DNA of 64,000 nucleotides. Source: Alphaproteobacteria bacterium (lineage in GTDB: Bacteria; Pseudomonadota; Alphaproteobacteria; Bin95). Shown piece by piece: positions 1 to 9,717 of this stretch (position 1 is the stretch's first letter; the number at the start of each line of letters is the position of its first letter). The DNA lies in assembly GCA_963665325.3 (NCBI GenBank), contig OZ224045.1:1568001-1632000 (forward strand), in the 5' to 3' direction. Both the position numbers and the translations under genes were made by a program. The notes under the pieces are model-generated. The model searched no databases and was not told where the DNA came from. It was given only the letters and a program-made list of their open reading frames with translations.

Positions 1-706
1 GGGCGATCTCGGCTCCGTCCTTGAGGTGGTGCTCGGCATTGGCTGCCAGAAGCAGGCCCGCTTCGGCCACGGTGACATGCTCGCGGATGGCGGTCAGCAC
101 GTCTTGCAGCGGTCGGCGTTCGGGACGGTGGTAATGGACGTCGTTAGTGGCGAGGAGCGGCGCGCCGGCGCGCCGGGCGAGCGCCGCCAGGCGGCCCAGG
201 CGGGCGCGGTCGCCGCCCCGGTAGAGCATGTGCGCGGCGAGGTAGAGGGGGCCGTCATGCACCCGGCGAAGCCCGGCAAGCTCCGCCTCGAATTCCTCGC
301 GCCATGGGTCCGGCGGCAGCGCGATCAGCAGCTGTCCCTCGGCATGGGCGAGCACGTCCTCCCGGTGCAGCACGCATTCGCCCTTGGCCGCGCGCCGCTG
401 GCCGAGGGTGAGCAGCCGGCAGAGGCGGCCGTAGGCGGCCCGGTCGCGGGGGTAGCAGAGCAGCGAGGCGCCATCTGCGAGGTCGAGCCGGGCCCCGGTC
501 AGGAGGCGGATGTCGGCCCGCTTCGCCGCCATATGGGCGCGCACCGCGCCGGCGAGCGTGTTGCGGTCGGCGATGCCGATGGCCGCGAGCCCGAGCCGAG
601 CGGCCTCTTCTACCAGCTCCTCCGCATGGGAGGCGCCTCTGAGGAAGCTGAAATTGCTGACCGCCTGCAATTCCGCATAAGGAATTTTGTCCGACATGCG
701 GCTCAT
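1..706 (-). CDS. dnaE2: Error-prone DNA polymerase III alpha (DnaE2/ImuC), N-terminal part; runs off the window edge
   Basis: Manual translation: MSRMSDKIPYAELQAVSNFSFLRGASHAEELV...GIADRNTLAGAVRAH (PHP domain); ATGA overlap with the imuB stop. Confidence 0.92.
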   Translation of the reverse strand, partial: MSRMSDKIPYAELQAVSNFSFLRGASHAEELVEEAARLGLAAIGIADRNTLAGAVRAHMAAKRADIRLLTGARLDLADGASLLCYPRDRAAYGRLCRLLTLGQRRAAKGECVLHREDVLAHAEGQLLIALPPDPWREEFEAELAGLRRVHDGPLYLAAHMLYRGGDRARLGRLAALARRAGAPLLATNDVHYHRPERRPLQDVLTAIREHVTVAEAGLLLAANAEHHLKDGAEIA

Positions 707-2253
707 CCGTAAAGCCCGTGGATATACCAGCGGGGCGGCTTCTTGCCATCGGTGTCCCGGTAGAGCCCGGCGCGAAAGAGCCAGTAGCGCCGGCCTTCCG
801 TGTCCTCGACGCGGTAATAGTCGCGCGGCCTGTCTTCGGGGCCGCCGGCCCACCATTCCGGTTCGATGCGCTCGGGGCCTTCGGCGCGGGCGATGCGGCG
901 GCGCAGCCGGCGCCAGGCAAACAGCGCCGGCGGCCCGTCCGGCAGCTCGGCGATGACGTCCACCGGCTCGGGCCGGTCGAACAGGCGGAAGGGCCGTTGC
1001 GGCAGGCCCGGCCGCACAGGCCATGCCGCGCCCTCCCGGCCGGGCGCCGCCCGCCGCTCGGCGCGCTCCGGCAGATGGCTCTCGACCGCTTCGAGGCGGG
1101 AGACCGACCCTTCGCCCAGGCGGGCTTGCAAGCGGTCGATCAGGGGGCCGAGTTCGTTGCTACCGCGCCCGCCCTCCGCCAGCCGAAATTGCTCATGCGC
1201 GAGCGGCTCGGCGCGGACGGCGTGGAGCGCCATTGCGTCGATCCCGAAGCCGGGGCCCACGGTCTCGATCTTCCCCTCGAAAAGGCGCAGCAGATGCGCA
1301 CCGTCGCGGGTGGCGCGCGCCGTCGAGACGCGGCGCTGCGCCGTGCCGCCATCCACCCGGCAGAACAGGAGCGAGAGTTCCCGCGCGCCGAGCCCGTCGC
1401 GTTCCAGCGAGGCGCAGAGGCCTTCCATCAGCCGGGTGAGCGCCGCCTCCAGCCCGGCGAGGTCGATCAGCGGTTCCGGGAAGGCGAGGCGCGCGAGGCA
1501 GGCGGGCGGCGGCGGCAAAGACGCGACCGGATCGGGGCGGCGGCCGAGCGCCCGGTCGAGGCGTTCCAGAACGGCGCCGCTCTGCCGGCCGAACCGGCGT
1601 GCGAGCGACGGGCGGGGCAGGGCGTCCACCGCACCGATTGTCGTCAGCCCGAGACGGCGCAGCAGGCGGGCGTCCTCGGGCGCGATCCGAAGCGCCTCGG
1701 CCGGCAGCGCCTTAAGCGCCGCGAGGGTGCCGCCGGGCGCGGCGATGCACCGGCCTTCCCCGCCGAAGCGGGCGAGTGCCCAGGCGGCGCCCGGCATATC
1801 GGCAAGGCCGGTCCGGACCTCGAAGCCGAGCCCTGCAAGGCGCGCCTCGACCTCTGCCGCCATCGCCGCCTCGCCGCCGAAAAGATGGGCGGCTCCCGCA
1901 ATGTCGAGCAACAGGCCGTCCTCGCCATCGACCGCGCAGCAGGGCGTAAAGCGGTTGCACCAGAGCGCCAGGCGTTCGAGCCCGCGCCGGTCCTCTGCCG
2001 GCCGGGCTTCGGCGGCGGCGAGGCGGGGCAGCAGGGCGCGGGCGTCGGCGAGGCGCATGCCGGGCGCGAGCCCCTCGGCTTCCGCCTGCCGGTTGACCGC
2101 CGTCAGCACCGTCCCGTGGCGGCCGGGCGCGGTAAGCGCAAACGGCACCGGCTCAGCCGGCGGCTTGCGCGAGGGCAGGGCGGCGGGCCGCCGTGCGCGG
2201 CGCAGCCGGTCGATCGGCCAGCGCGGCAGCCACACCGAAATCACCCGTCTCAC
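703..2253 (-). CDS. imuB: ImuB, Y-family polymerase-like protein
   Basis: GMRLADARALLP, DGLLLDIAG, GPERIEPEWW, RDYYRVED...W.IHGLY motifs; located between imuA and dnaE2. Confidence 0.93.
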   Translation of the reverse strand: MRRVISVWLPRWPIDRLRRARRPAALPSRKPPAEPVPFALTAPGRHGTVLTAVNRQAEAEGLAPGMRLADARALLPRLAAAEARPAEDRRGLERLALWCNRFTPCCAVDGEDGLLLDIAGAAHLFGGEAAMAAEVEARLAGLGFEVRTGLADMPGAAWALARFGGEGRCIAAPGGTLAALKALPAEALRIAPEDARLLRRLGLTTIGAVDALPRPSLARRFGRQSGAVLERLDRALGRRPDPVASLPPPPACLARLAFPEPLIDLAGLEAALTRLMEGLCASLERDGLGARELSLLFCRVDGGTAQRRVSTARATRDGAHLLRLFEGKIETVGPGFGIDAMALHAVRAEPLAHEQFRLAEGGRGSNELGPLIDRLQARLGEGSVSRLEAVESHLPERAERRAAPGREGAAWPVRPGLPQRPFRLFDRPEPVDVIAELPDGPPALFAWRRLRRRIARAEGPERIEPEWWAGGPEDRPRDYYRVEDTEGRRYWLFRAGLYRDTDGKKPPRWYIHGLYG

Positions 2254-2965
2254 GGTTCCACTCCACAGTACAGGTCACGGGCCGTCCGCCCCGGCAACGC
2301 AGCAGTTCGAGGCGCCAGCGCGGCAGGCCGGGCGCGGCGGCGTCGATCGGGTCGGCGCCTCCCGGCAGTGCCGCAATCCGCCAGCGCGAAAAGGCGGCAC
2401 TCGCCGGCCCGAGGCTGTCGCGGCGCAGCAGCAGGGCGGGGGTCAGGCTCTCGCGGGCGGCGAGCGCAAGCCGGCGGCTCAGGGTGAAATCGAGGCTTTC
2501 GACCTCGCCCAGTACCGCCGCCAGGCTGGCGCTGCGCAGGCCTTCCTCTATGGCCCAGGAAACATCCCGATCGCGGCGGGCGGAGAGCAACAGCAGGTCG
2601 GCCGGTTCGAGGCCGAGGTCCCGCCAGCCCGGCCCGTAGAGCCGGCCGAAGGGGCTCGCCCGGCTCTGGCAGACCAGCACGGCGCGCCGCCCGTCCCGGC
2701 GTTCGAGCCGGGTAATGAGCGCGGCAAGAAAGGCAGCGGCCGCCGGTCCGTCTCCCGGTGCGCTGCTGCCTGCCTCATGTAGCCCGCCCATTGCCAGTCC
2801 CCGCTCCGGCAAGGCCGCATCCAGGGCGCCGAGGCCGAACCGCCAGGCCTCCGCCGCCCCGTCCCCCGCCGGCTCCGCAACGGCTGTCCGACGCTCCAGC
2901 AGCGCTATCTGTCGGCGCAGCGCGGCAAGCTTGGCGGGGTTCTTGCGGGGGAAAACAGACAACAT
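2153..2965 (-). CDS. imuA: ImuA, RecA-like protein
   Basis: LDAALPERGLAMGGLHE, WAIEEGLRS, SRRLALAA, LELLRCRGG; ATG at 2965 next to a LexA box. Confidence 0.88.
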   Translation of the reverse strand: MLSVFPRKNPAKLAALRRQIALLERRTAVAEPAGDGAAEAWRFGLGALDAALPERGLAMGGLHEAGSSAPGDGPAAAAFLAALITRLERRDGRRAVLVCQSRASPFGRLYGPGWRDLGLEPADLLLLSARRDRDVSWAIEEGLRSASLAAVLGEVESLDFTLSRRLALAARESLTPALLLRRDSLGPASAAFSRWRIAALPGGADPIDAAAPGLPRWRLELLRCRGGRPVTCTVEWNRETGDFGVAAALADRPAAPRTAARRPALAQAAG

Positions 2966-2967
2966 AA

Positions 2968-2982
2968 GTTCATTATTTGTTC
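2968..2982. promoter_or_regulatory. Alphaproteobacterial LexA (SOS) box GTTC-N7-GTTC
   Basis: GTTCATTATTTGTTC just upstream of imuA, overlapping a minus-strand TTGACT-N17-AATAAT promoter. Confidence 0.9.
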
Positions 2983-3094
2983 CAGTTACGGATGAGTCAA
3001 TAGGGAGGAGAGCCCTCTGCCCCTTGACCGGCCCGGCCGTCTGGCGCACAGAATTGCCGGCAGCGTCGCCGAACGAACCGACTGGGCCCGGCCG

Positions 3095-3625
3095 ATGACC
3101 GCTATCGACACGATGCAGGACAGTGACTGGCCCGAGGTCCGCGCCATCTACCGTGCGGGCTTGAAGACCGGCATTGCCGCCTTCATGAAAAATCCGCCGA
3201 GCTGGAAGGCATGGAACAAAGGTCATCTGGCCGTCGGCCGGCTCGTCGTCCGGGGCAGCGACGGCCGCACGGTCGGCTGGGCGGCGCTCACGCCCGCGCC
3301 GGATACGTGAGGCGCTCCCGGCGTCGCTGAGGTCAGCGTCTATGTCGGCGAAGGTGCGCAGGGGTCGGGCGCCGGAACCGCCCTGCTGGAGGGCTTGGTC
3401 GCAGCCTCCGAGGCGGAGGGCTACTGGACCCTGCAGGCGCAGATCATGGCCGCGAACCTGCCCAGCATCGCGCTCCACCGGAAATGCGGCTTCCGCGAGG
3501 TCGGTTTCCGCGAGCGCTACGGGCATCTCGACGGCGTGTGGCACGATGTCTTCCTGTTCGAGCGCCGCAGCGTCCGCGCCGGCGGGCCGGGTCTGCCGAC
3601 AAGGAGCTGCGACGAGGCGGGCTGA
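3095..3625 (+). CDS. GNAT N-acetyltransferase (Pat/YncA/ArsN1-like) with in-frame TGA at 3308-3310; probable selenoprotein, alternatively a pseudogene
   Basis: ORFs 3095..3310 and 3395..3625 share a frame; read-through gives GWAALTPAPDT-U-GAPGVAEVSVYV...QGSGAG...NLPSIALHRKCGFREVG. Confidence 0.8.
3318..3348 (+). promoter_or_regulatory. Putative bacterial SECIS hairpin
   Basis: CCGGCGT-CGCTG-[AGGT]-CAGCG-TCT-ATGTCGG; apical loop begins 19 nt after the UGA. Confidence 0.65.
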
Positions 3626-3643
3626 CGACGGATCGGGGCCGGG

Positions 3644-3997
3644 TCAGGGCTCGCGCGAGAGGCCGCTCGCTTCCAGCGCCTTCAGATAGGCGTCCCAGAG
3701 TTCTGACCGGCGTTCGCCGAGTTCGCGCAGATAGGCCCAGCTGTAGATGCCGGTGTCGTGCAGGTCGTCGAACACCAGACGGACGGCGTAATTGCCTTCG
3801 GGCAGGATTTCGATGATGCCGACATGGGCGCGACCCGAAACCAGCGTCTTGCGCCCAGGGCCGTGGCCCTGCACTTCGGCGGAGGGGCTCTCGACGCGCA
3901 GGAGCTCGGCCGGCAGGGCGAAATTCGCGCCGTCGTCGAAGGCGACATGCAACACACGCCCAGCTTTGGAATAGCGCAACTCCGTCGGGAGGCTCAA
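3644..3997 (-). CDS. DUF971 / gamma-butyrobetaine hydroxylase-like N-terminal domain protein
   Basis: [36 protein letters not shown]. Confidence 0.88.
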   Translation of the reverse strand: MSLPTELRYSKAGRVLHVAFDDGANFALPAELLRVESPSAEVQGHGPGRKTLVSGRAHVGIIEILPEGNYAVRLVFDDLHDTGIYSWAYLRELGERRSELWDAYLKALEASGLSREP

Positions 3998-4188
3998 CGT
4001 CCTTCCTCGTCGAGTTCCCGCGCCTCCTCGACCAGCATGATCGGGATGCCGTCGCGGATCGGGAAGGCCAGTCCCGCCGAACGGCTGACCAGCTCCCCCG
4101 CCTCGCGGTCGTATTCCAGCGGCCCCTTGGTCACCGGGCAGACCAGCAATTGCAGCAGCAGCCGATCGACCTCTCCCGAACCCGTCAT
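3994..4188 (-). CDS. Trm112-family protein
   Basis: [11 protein letters not shown]...[12 protein letters not shown]. Confidence 0.88.
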   Translation of the reverse strand: MTGSGEVDRLLLQLLVCPVTKGPLEYDREAGELVSRSAGLAFPIRDGIPIMLVEEARELDEEGR

Positions 4189-4196
4189 CGCTCGCC

Positions 4197-4850
4197 TCAA
4201 TTCATCCGCGTCGGGTCGTCGTCATTCGCAGCCTCGAAGCCCGACATCGCGAACAGCGCCTCCAGCATCTGGGCGCGCTCGCCCGTGTCGCGGCATTCGA
4301 GCAGTCCCTGCTTCTCATTGGGTGCGAAGGGGCAGCCCATGGAGAGCGCATTGACCAGCATTTCGTCGTCGGCCTTCGCCACGGCGTCCCAGTCTGCGCT
4401 GAGCCCGCGCCGCGCCAGAAATTCCCTGAGCGCTTCCAGCAGGCTCTCGCGGTCCACCGGGCTGCTGCGGCGCGCATCGAGATCGGCCCCGAAGCCCTCG
4501 AATTCCGCGTGGACGGTGCGGTAGCCCTCGGGATGGAGTGCAAGCTCCCGGCCGATGCGGAAGCGCGCGATGCCTTGCAGTGCGATCATGTAGCGGCCGT
4601 CGTCGAGCTTTTCCGAGCTCTGGATCTTGCCGGCGCAGCCGATCTCGTAAATCGGCGGGTTCGTCGGGTCGGCTCCCTCGGCGCGCGGCTGCACCATGCC
4701 GACGATCCCCTCGTCGTCCAGCGCATCGCGGACCATGGCCCGATAGCGGGGTTCGAAAATGTGCAGCGGCAGCATCGCGCGCGGCAGCAACAGCACGCCG
4801 GCCAGCGGAAAGACCGGGAACACTTCCGGCAATGACCGCCTGAGGGACAC
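4197..4850 (-). CDS. LON peptidase substrate-binding domain protein
   Basis: [12 protein letters not shown]...[16 protein letters not shown]. Confidence 0.9.
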   Translation of the reverse strand: MSLRRSLPEVFPVFPLAGVLLLPRAMLPLHIFEPRYRAMVRDALDDEGIVGMVQPRAEGADPTNPPIYEIGCAGKIQSSEKLDDGRYMIALQGIARFRIGRELALHPEGYRTVHAEFEGFGADLDARRSSPVDRESLLEALREFLARRGLSADWDAVAKADDEMLVNALSMGCPFAPNEKQGLLECRDTGERAQMLEALFAMSGFEAANDDDPTRMN

Positions 4851-4862
4851 AGGGATCGCTCC

Positions 4863-5753
4863 CTAGCTGAACATCAGTGTCGAGAGGCGTCGCCGGATGC
4901 CGGTCGTGAGTTCGTGCGTCGGCCCCCACGCCTCGAAGAATTTGACGAGTTGGCCACGCGCCGCTCCGTCGTTCCAATCGCGGTCGCGGCGATAGAGTTC
5001 CAGCAGTTCCTCCGCCGCCTCTTTGTGGCGTCCGCCGCCGAACAACGCCATCGCGAGATCGAAACGCGACTGGTGGTCGTCCGGATTGCCGTCTACCGCG
5101 CGGCGCAGTTCGGCCGTGTCGCCCGCATCCGCGCTCTGCTCGGCAAGTTCCACCGCGCTCACCGCGGCCGCCACTGCCGGGTCGCGGTCCGAACCCTCCG
5201 GCAGCCGCCCCAGCATGGCGCGCGCCTGCTCGACCTCGTCTACGGCGAGGAGTACCTGGGCAAGGCCGGCAATCGCAGCGGCGTTCTCAGGCTCCTGCTT
5301 GAGCACTTCGTTGAAGATCGCGCCGGCGGTCTGCGCATCGCCGCCCTCCAGCGCCGAACGGGCCTGTTCGACGGCGACCTCGATGGCGGACTCCACGGGT
5401 TCACCCACCAGTCGCTCGACGAACGCCTTGATCTGGCTCTCCGGCACCGCGCCCATGAACGCATCGACGGGGCGCCCCTGATCGAAGGCATAGACCGCCG
5501 GGATGGACTGGATGCGCATCTGCTGCGCGACCACGGGGCTCTGGTCGATATCGACCTTGACCAGGCTGACCTTGCCGCCGGCATTGGAGACGACCTTTTC
5601 CAGCACCGGTCCCAATTGCTTGCAGGGCCCGCACCAGGGCGCCCAGAAATCGACGATCACCGGCGCCGTCATCGATGCCTCGATGACATCCGCCATGAAG
5701 GTCTGGTCGGTGGCGTCCTTCACGACGCCGGGTTCGCTTGCCGCAATCTCCAT
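4863..5753 (-). CDS. ybbN: Thioredoxin-domain/TPR co-chaperone (YbbN/CnoX-like)
   Basis: WAPWCGPCKQL followed by TPR region; C-terminus RRRLSTLMFS. Confidence 0.88.
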   Translation of the reverse strand: MEIAASEPGVVKDATDQTFMADVIEASMTAPVIVDFWAPWCGPCKQLGPVLEKVVSNAGGKVSLVKVDIDQSPVVAQQMRIQSIPAVYAFDQGRPVDAFMGAVPESQIKAFVERLVGEPVESAIEVAVEQARSALEGGDAQTAGAIFNEVLKQEPENAAAIAGLAQVLLAVDEVEQARAMLGRLPEGSDRDPAVAAAVSAVELAEQSADAGDTAELRRAVDGNPDDHQSRFDLAMALFGGGRHKEAAEELLELYRRDRDWNDGAARGQLVKFFEAWGPTHELTTGIRRRLSTLMFS

Positions 5754-5831
5754 CTTTCTACCCCGGTTTCGGGACGGCTTCTGCAAGATGGCGGCAGAGC
5801 CGCCCGGCGGCAACCCCTGCGCCATTCGGCG

Positions 5832-7505
5832 TCAGAACAGGCCGACGACCTCCCCGCCCTCATCGAGACCGATGGCTTCGGCAGCCGGCACGCGCGGCAG
5901 GCCCGGCATGGTCATGATGTCGCCGCAGACCGCGACCACGAACTCCGCGCCGGCTGCAAGCCGTACCTCCCGGACCGGGATGCTGTAGCCCTCCGGCGCA
6001 CCCCTGAGCGTGGGATCGGAAGAGAAACTGTATTGCGTCTTCGCCATGCAGACCGGCACATGGCCGAACCCGCCGGCCTCGAAGCGCTCGAGCTGGTCCT
6101 TGACCCGCGCCGGCGCCTCCGCTCCGTCGGCGCGGTAGATCTCCAGCGCGACGGTCTCGATCTTCTCCCAGAGCGGCAGCCCATCCGGATAGACCGGGGT
6201 GAATTCGGCGTCGCCGCTGTCGGCGAGCGCGGCGACCGCCTGCGCCAGGCTCTCCGTGCCCGCACCGCCGTCGGCCCAGTGGGTGCAGACATGCGCCGAT
6301 GCGCCGCGCTCGGCCGCAAGGCCCTGCACCGCCGCGATCTCCGCATCGGTGTCGGCGGTGAAGCGGTTGACGGCCACGACCGCTGGCACGCCGAACTTGG
6401 CGAGATTGTCGAGATGGCGGCCGAGATTGGCGAAGCCCCTCTCGACGGCGGCGACATCCTCTTCGCCCAGCGCACCCCGCGCAATGCCGCCATGCATCTT
6501 GAGCGCACGCACCGTTGCGACCAGCACCACCGCGTCGGGCTTGAGCTCCGCCTTGCGGCATTTGATGTCGAAGAATTTCTCCGCGCCGAGATCCGCTCCG
6601 AAGCCAGCCTCGGTAACGACATAATCGGCGAGCTTGAGCGCAGCCCGGGTCGCGACCACGCTATTGCAGCCATGCGCGATATTGGCGAACGGACCGCCGT
6701 GCACGAAGGCCGGGTTGCCTTCCAGCGTCTGCACAAGGTTCGGCTGCAGCGCATCCTTCAGCAGCACGGTCATCGCGCCGTCGGCTTTCAGGTCGCTCGC
6801 CGAGACCGGCGACTGGTCGCGGCGTCCGCCGACGACGATCTGGCCGAGCCGGCGCTGGAGGTCCGCCCGGTCAGAGGCGAGGCAGAGGATCGCCATGATC
6901 TCCGAGGCCACGGTGATGTCGTAGCCGGTCTGGCGCGGGAAGCCGTTGGCGACGCCACCGAGCGAGACCGCGATGTCGCGGAGCGCCCGGTCGTTCATGT
7001 CCACCACGCGCCGCCAGGTAACGCGCCGCGCATCCAGTTCCAGCCCGTTGCCCCAGTAAATGTGGTTGTCCGCCATGGCCGAAAGCAGGTTGTGCGCGGC
7101 GCCGATGGCGTGCATGTCGCCGGTGAAATGGAGATTGATGTCCTCCATCGGCACGACCTGGGCGTAGCCGCCGCCGGCCGCACCGCCCTTCATGCCGAAA
7201 CAGGGGCCGAGCGAGGGCTCGCGCAGGCAGATCGCCGTGTTCCGGCCGATTCGGTTCAGGCCGTCTCCGAGGCCGACCGTGGTGGTCGTCTTGCCTTCGC
7301 CTGCGGGCGTCGGCGTCATGGCGGTCACCAGGATGAGCTTGCCGTCGGGCCGATCTGCCAGGCCGTCGATGAAATCCGCCGTCACCTTGGCCTTGTCGTG
7401 GCCGTAAGGCACCAGCGCGCTTTCGGGAATTCCGAGCCGCGCGGCGATCTCGCCGATCGGCCGCAGCCGCGCTTCGCGGGCAATTTGGATGTCGCTCTTG
7501 GCCAT
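5832..7505 (-). CDS. fhs: Formate--tetrahydrofolate ligase
   Basis: [44 protein letters not shown]. Confidence 0.97.
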   Translation of the reverse strand: MAKSDIQIAREARLRPIGEIAARLGIPESALVPYGHDKAKVTADFIDGLADRPDGKLILVTAMTPTPAGEGKTTTTVGLGDGLNRIGRNTAICLREPSLGPCFGMKGGAAGGGYAQVVPMEDINLHFTGDMHAIGAAHNLLSAMADNHIYWGNGLELDARRVTWRRVVDMNDRALRDIAVSLGGVANGFPRQTGYDITVASEIMAILCLASDRADLQRRLGQIVVGGRRDQSPVSASDLKADGAMTVLLKDALQPNLVQTLEGNPAFVHGGPFANIAHGCNSVVATRAALKLADYVVTEAGFGADLGAEKFFDIKCRKAELKPDAVVLVATVRALKMHGGIARGALGEEDVAAVERGFANLGRHLDNLAKFGVPAVVAVNRFTADTDAEIAAVQGLAAERGASAHVCTHWADGGAGTESLAQAVAALADSGDAEFTPVYPDGLPLWEKIETVALEIYRADGAEAPARVKDQLERFEAGGFGHVPVCMAKTQYSFSSDPTLRGAPEGYSIPVREVRLAAGAEFVVAVCGDIMTMPGLPRVPAAEAIGLDEGGEVVGLF

Positions 7506-7611
7506 GGGGACGCCTTCTCCTCGCCGGACGGAAGGGGCGCAGAATGACAAGCCCGCGCGCTTGGCGCAAACGCCTAATACGCACGCCCGGAAGAACCTGC
7601 TGCGGCTGGAT

Positions 7612-8409
7612 TCAGCCCGGTCTGCGCCGGAGTGCGCCGAGGGAACATGAGACGGCGAAAAACAGCACGGCCAGCGTCACGATGGTGGGGCCGGTCGGCG
7701 TGTCCCAGTGCCAGGAAGCGGCAAGGCCGGCGAAGACGGATGCGACGGCGACGAACGCGGCTGCTACCGCCATGCGCTCCGGCGTACTGGAGAACGGCCG
7801 GGCGGCGGCGGCGGGAATAATCAGCATGGCGGTAATCAGCAGGGCGCCGACTACCTTGATCGAGACGGCGACGAGCACCGCGATCGCTATGGTCAAGACA
7901 AGCTGCTCGCGCTCCGGGTCGATGCCACCGCCGCGCGCCAGTTCGGGGCTGAGCGTCGCGGTAAGAAGCGCCGACCAGCGCCAGATGACCAGGCCCAGCA
8001 CTACCGCCGCCCCGCCCCAGATCACCGCGAGGTCCCCGCGTGTCACGGCCAGGATTTCACCGAACAGATAGGCTTCGACATCGATGGCGCGCGGCGATGC
8101 GACTGCGACCGCCACCAGGCCCACGGCAAGGCTGCCATGCGAAGCGACGCCCAGCAGCGTATCCATGGCGAGGCCCCGCCCGGAGAGTGTCGAGACAGCG
8201 ACCGCCATCGCGACTGCAGCGGCGAGCACGCCGATAACGGTGGACATCGAAAAGGCGAGCGCAATGGCAACGCCCAGAATCGCGGCGTGAGCAGTTGCGT
8301 CGCCGAAATAGGCGATGCGCCGCCAGACGACGAAGCAGCCGAGCGGGCCCGCCGCGAGCGCCACACCGATGCCGGCAAGGCAGGCCCGTGTCAGGAAGTC
8401 GTCGAGCAC
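7612..8409 (-). CDS. znuB: Zinc ABC transporter permease
   Basis: [43 protein letters not shown]. Confidence 0.92.
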   Translation of the reverse strand: MLDDFLTRACLAGIGVALAAGPLGCFVVWRRIAYFGDATAHAAILGVAIALAFSMSTVIGVLAAAVAMAVAVSTLSGRGLAMDTLLGVASHGSLAVGLVAVAVASPRAIDVEAYLFGEILAVTRGDLAVIWGGAAVVLGLVIWRWSALLTATLSPELARGGGIDPEREQLVLTIAIAVLVAVSIKVVGALLITAMLIIPAAAARPFSSTPERMAVAAAFVAVASVFAGLAASWHWDTPTGPTIVTLAVLFFAVSCSLGALRRRPG

Positions 8410-9128
8410 CCGTCCTCCGGCGTGTGCTGGTGGCCCGGCGCGTGGCGGTTCAGGGCGAGCGCGCCCGGCTCCGCCTCTCCGAACAGCATGCGGTATTCGG
8501 AGGCCGAGGACACGGCCACGGGCGGCCCCTCGCACCAGATGACGCCGTTGAGCGCGATCACACGGTCGGTCGCGCCCATCACTACATGCAGGTCGTGGCT
8601 GACCATCAATACGCCGCAGCCCAGCCGGTCGCGTACCGCGCCCACCAGCCGGTAGAGAGAGGCAATTCCCGGCTGGTCCAGGCCCTGCGCCGGCTCGTCT
8701 AGCAGCAGCAGATCGGGCTCGGCGAGGAGCGCGCGCGCGAGCAGCACGCGCTGGAACTGCCCGCCGGAAAGCGCCGTCATCTGTCGTTTGGCGAGGTCCG
8801 GCACGCCGGTTTCCTCCAGTGCGCGCGCGATGCTGCCGTTCCGCCGCCGGGCCCCAAGCCGGAGGAAGCGCGCGACCGTCATCGGCAGGGTCGAGTCGAG
8901 ATGCAGGCGCTGCGGCACATAGCCAACGCGCAGCCCGGGCGCCTGTTCGACGCGGCCGGCGGCCGGCGCCACGGCGCCGACCAGCGCGCGCAGCAGCGTG
9001 GTCTTGCCCGAACCGTTGGGGCCGACGACGGTCACGATCTCGCCGCGCTCCACAGCGAGGTCGATATCGTGCAGCGCCAATTGCGTTCCCAGACGGACCG
9101 TGAGGCCGTGCGCTGCGATCAGCGGCAA
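8391..9128 (-). CDS. znuC: Zinc ABC transporter ATPase
   Basis: GPNGSGKTT, LSGGQFQR, LLLDEP; start codon (TTG) approximate. Confidence 0.9.
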   Translation of the reverse strand: MPLIAAHGLTVRLGTQLALHDIDLAVERGEIVTVVGPNGSGKTTLLRALVGAVAPAAGRVEQAPGLRVGYVPQRLHLDSTLPMTVARFLRLGARRRNGSIARALEETGVPDLAKRQMTALSGGQFQRVLLARALLAEPDLLLLDEPAQGLDQPGIASLYRLVGAVRDRLGCGVLMVSHDLHVVMGATDRVIALNGVIWCEGPPVAVSSASEYRMLFGEAEPGALALNRHAPGHQHTPEDGCSTTS

Positions 9129-9640
9129 GGCGCGCCACCTTCCGCGGCGCAGGCGCGGCAGAGCCCTTCCGCTTCCACTACCGAGCGTTCGATGGCGAAA
9201 CCCGCCGCCCGCGCCTCCCGCAGCAACGCGGCCGGCGACGGCGACACGCAGGTCTCGGCCACCGAGCGGCAATGGCGGCATACCAGGAAGGCCGGCGTAT
9301 GCGTTTCATGCGGATACATGCAGGCGACGAAGGCGTTCAGCCGCTCCACCTTGTGGACGAAGCCCTGCTCCATGAGGAAATCGAGCGCCCGGTAAGCCAC
9401 CGGCGGCTGTGAGCCGAAGCCGTCCTTATCCAGACGCTTCAGCAGGCCGTATGCGGGCATGGCGGCGTGGCTTTCCAGCAGAATTTCGAGAGCGTGCCGG
9501 CGGACGGGCGTGAAGTTGACCCGGTCCTCCGACGCCCGGCGTTCGGCCTCGTCGAGCACGCGGCGGATGCAGTCCCCGTGGTCGTGCGGGCGCATGGCCT
9601 CCGCAGCCGCTGTCCGCTCCGTCTGTCTTGCTGTCGCCAT
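9119..9640 (-). CDS. zur: Zinc uptake regulator (Fur family)
   Basis: PPVAYRALDFL, CRHC and CRAC motifs; within the znu cluster. Confidence 0.9.
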   Translation of the reverse strand: MATARQTERTAAAEAMRPHDHGDCIRRVLDEAERRASEDRVNFTPVRRHALEILLESHAAMPAYGLLKRLDKDGFGSQPPVAYRALDFLMEQGFVHKVERLNAFVACMYPHETHTPAFLVCRHCRSVAETCVSPSPAALLREARAAGFAIERSVVEAEGLCRACAAEGGAPCR

Positions 9641-9658
9641 CCGCCTTCCCGTCGCCTT

Positions 9659-9681
9659 GAGATGTTATAGTATAATGTCTC
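9659..9681. promoter_or_regulatory. Zur box
   Basis: GAGATGTTATA-G-TATAATGTCTC imperfect palindrome between divergent zur and znuA. Confidence 0.85.
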
Positions 9682-9717
9682 GTAGATCGATCCATCCCCA
9701 GGATACAGGATGCCAGC

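Noticed and set aside
4914-7547. Long antisense or alternate-frame ORFs (e.g. 877 aa here, 788 aa at 9745-12111, 755 aa at 47939-50206)
   Set aside because: Shadow ORFs of GC-rich genes; Arg/Ala/Pro-rich with no motifs, and they overlap well-supported genes.
7506-7611. Folate or ZTP riboswitch upstream of fhs
   Set aside because: No recognisable consensus by eye; an Rfam scan would be needed.
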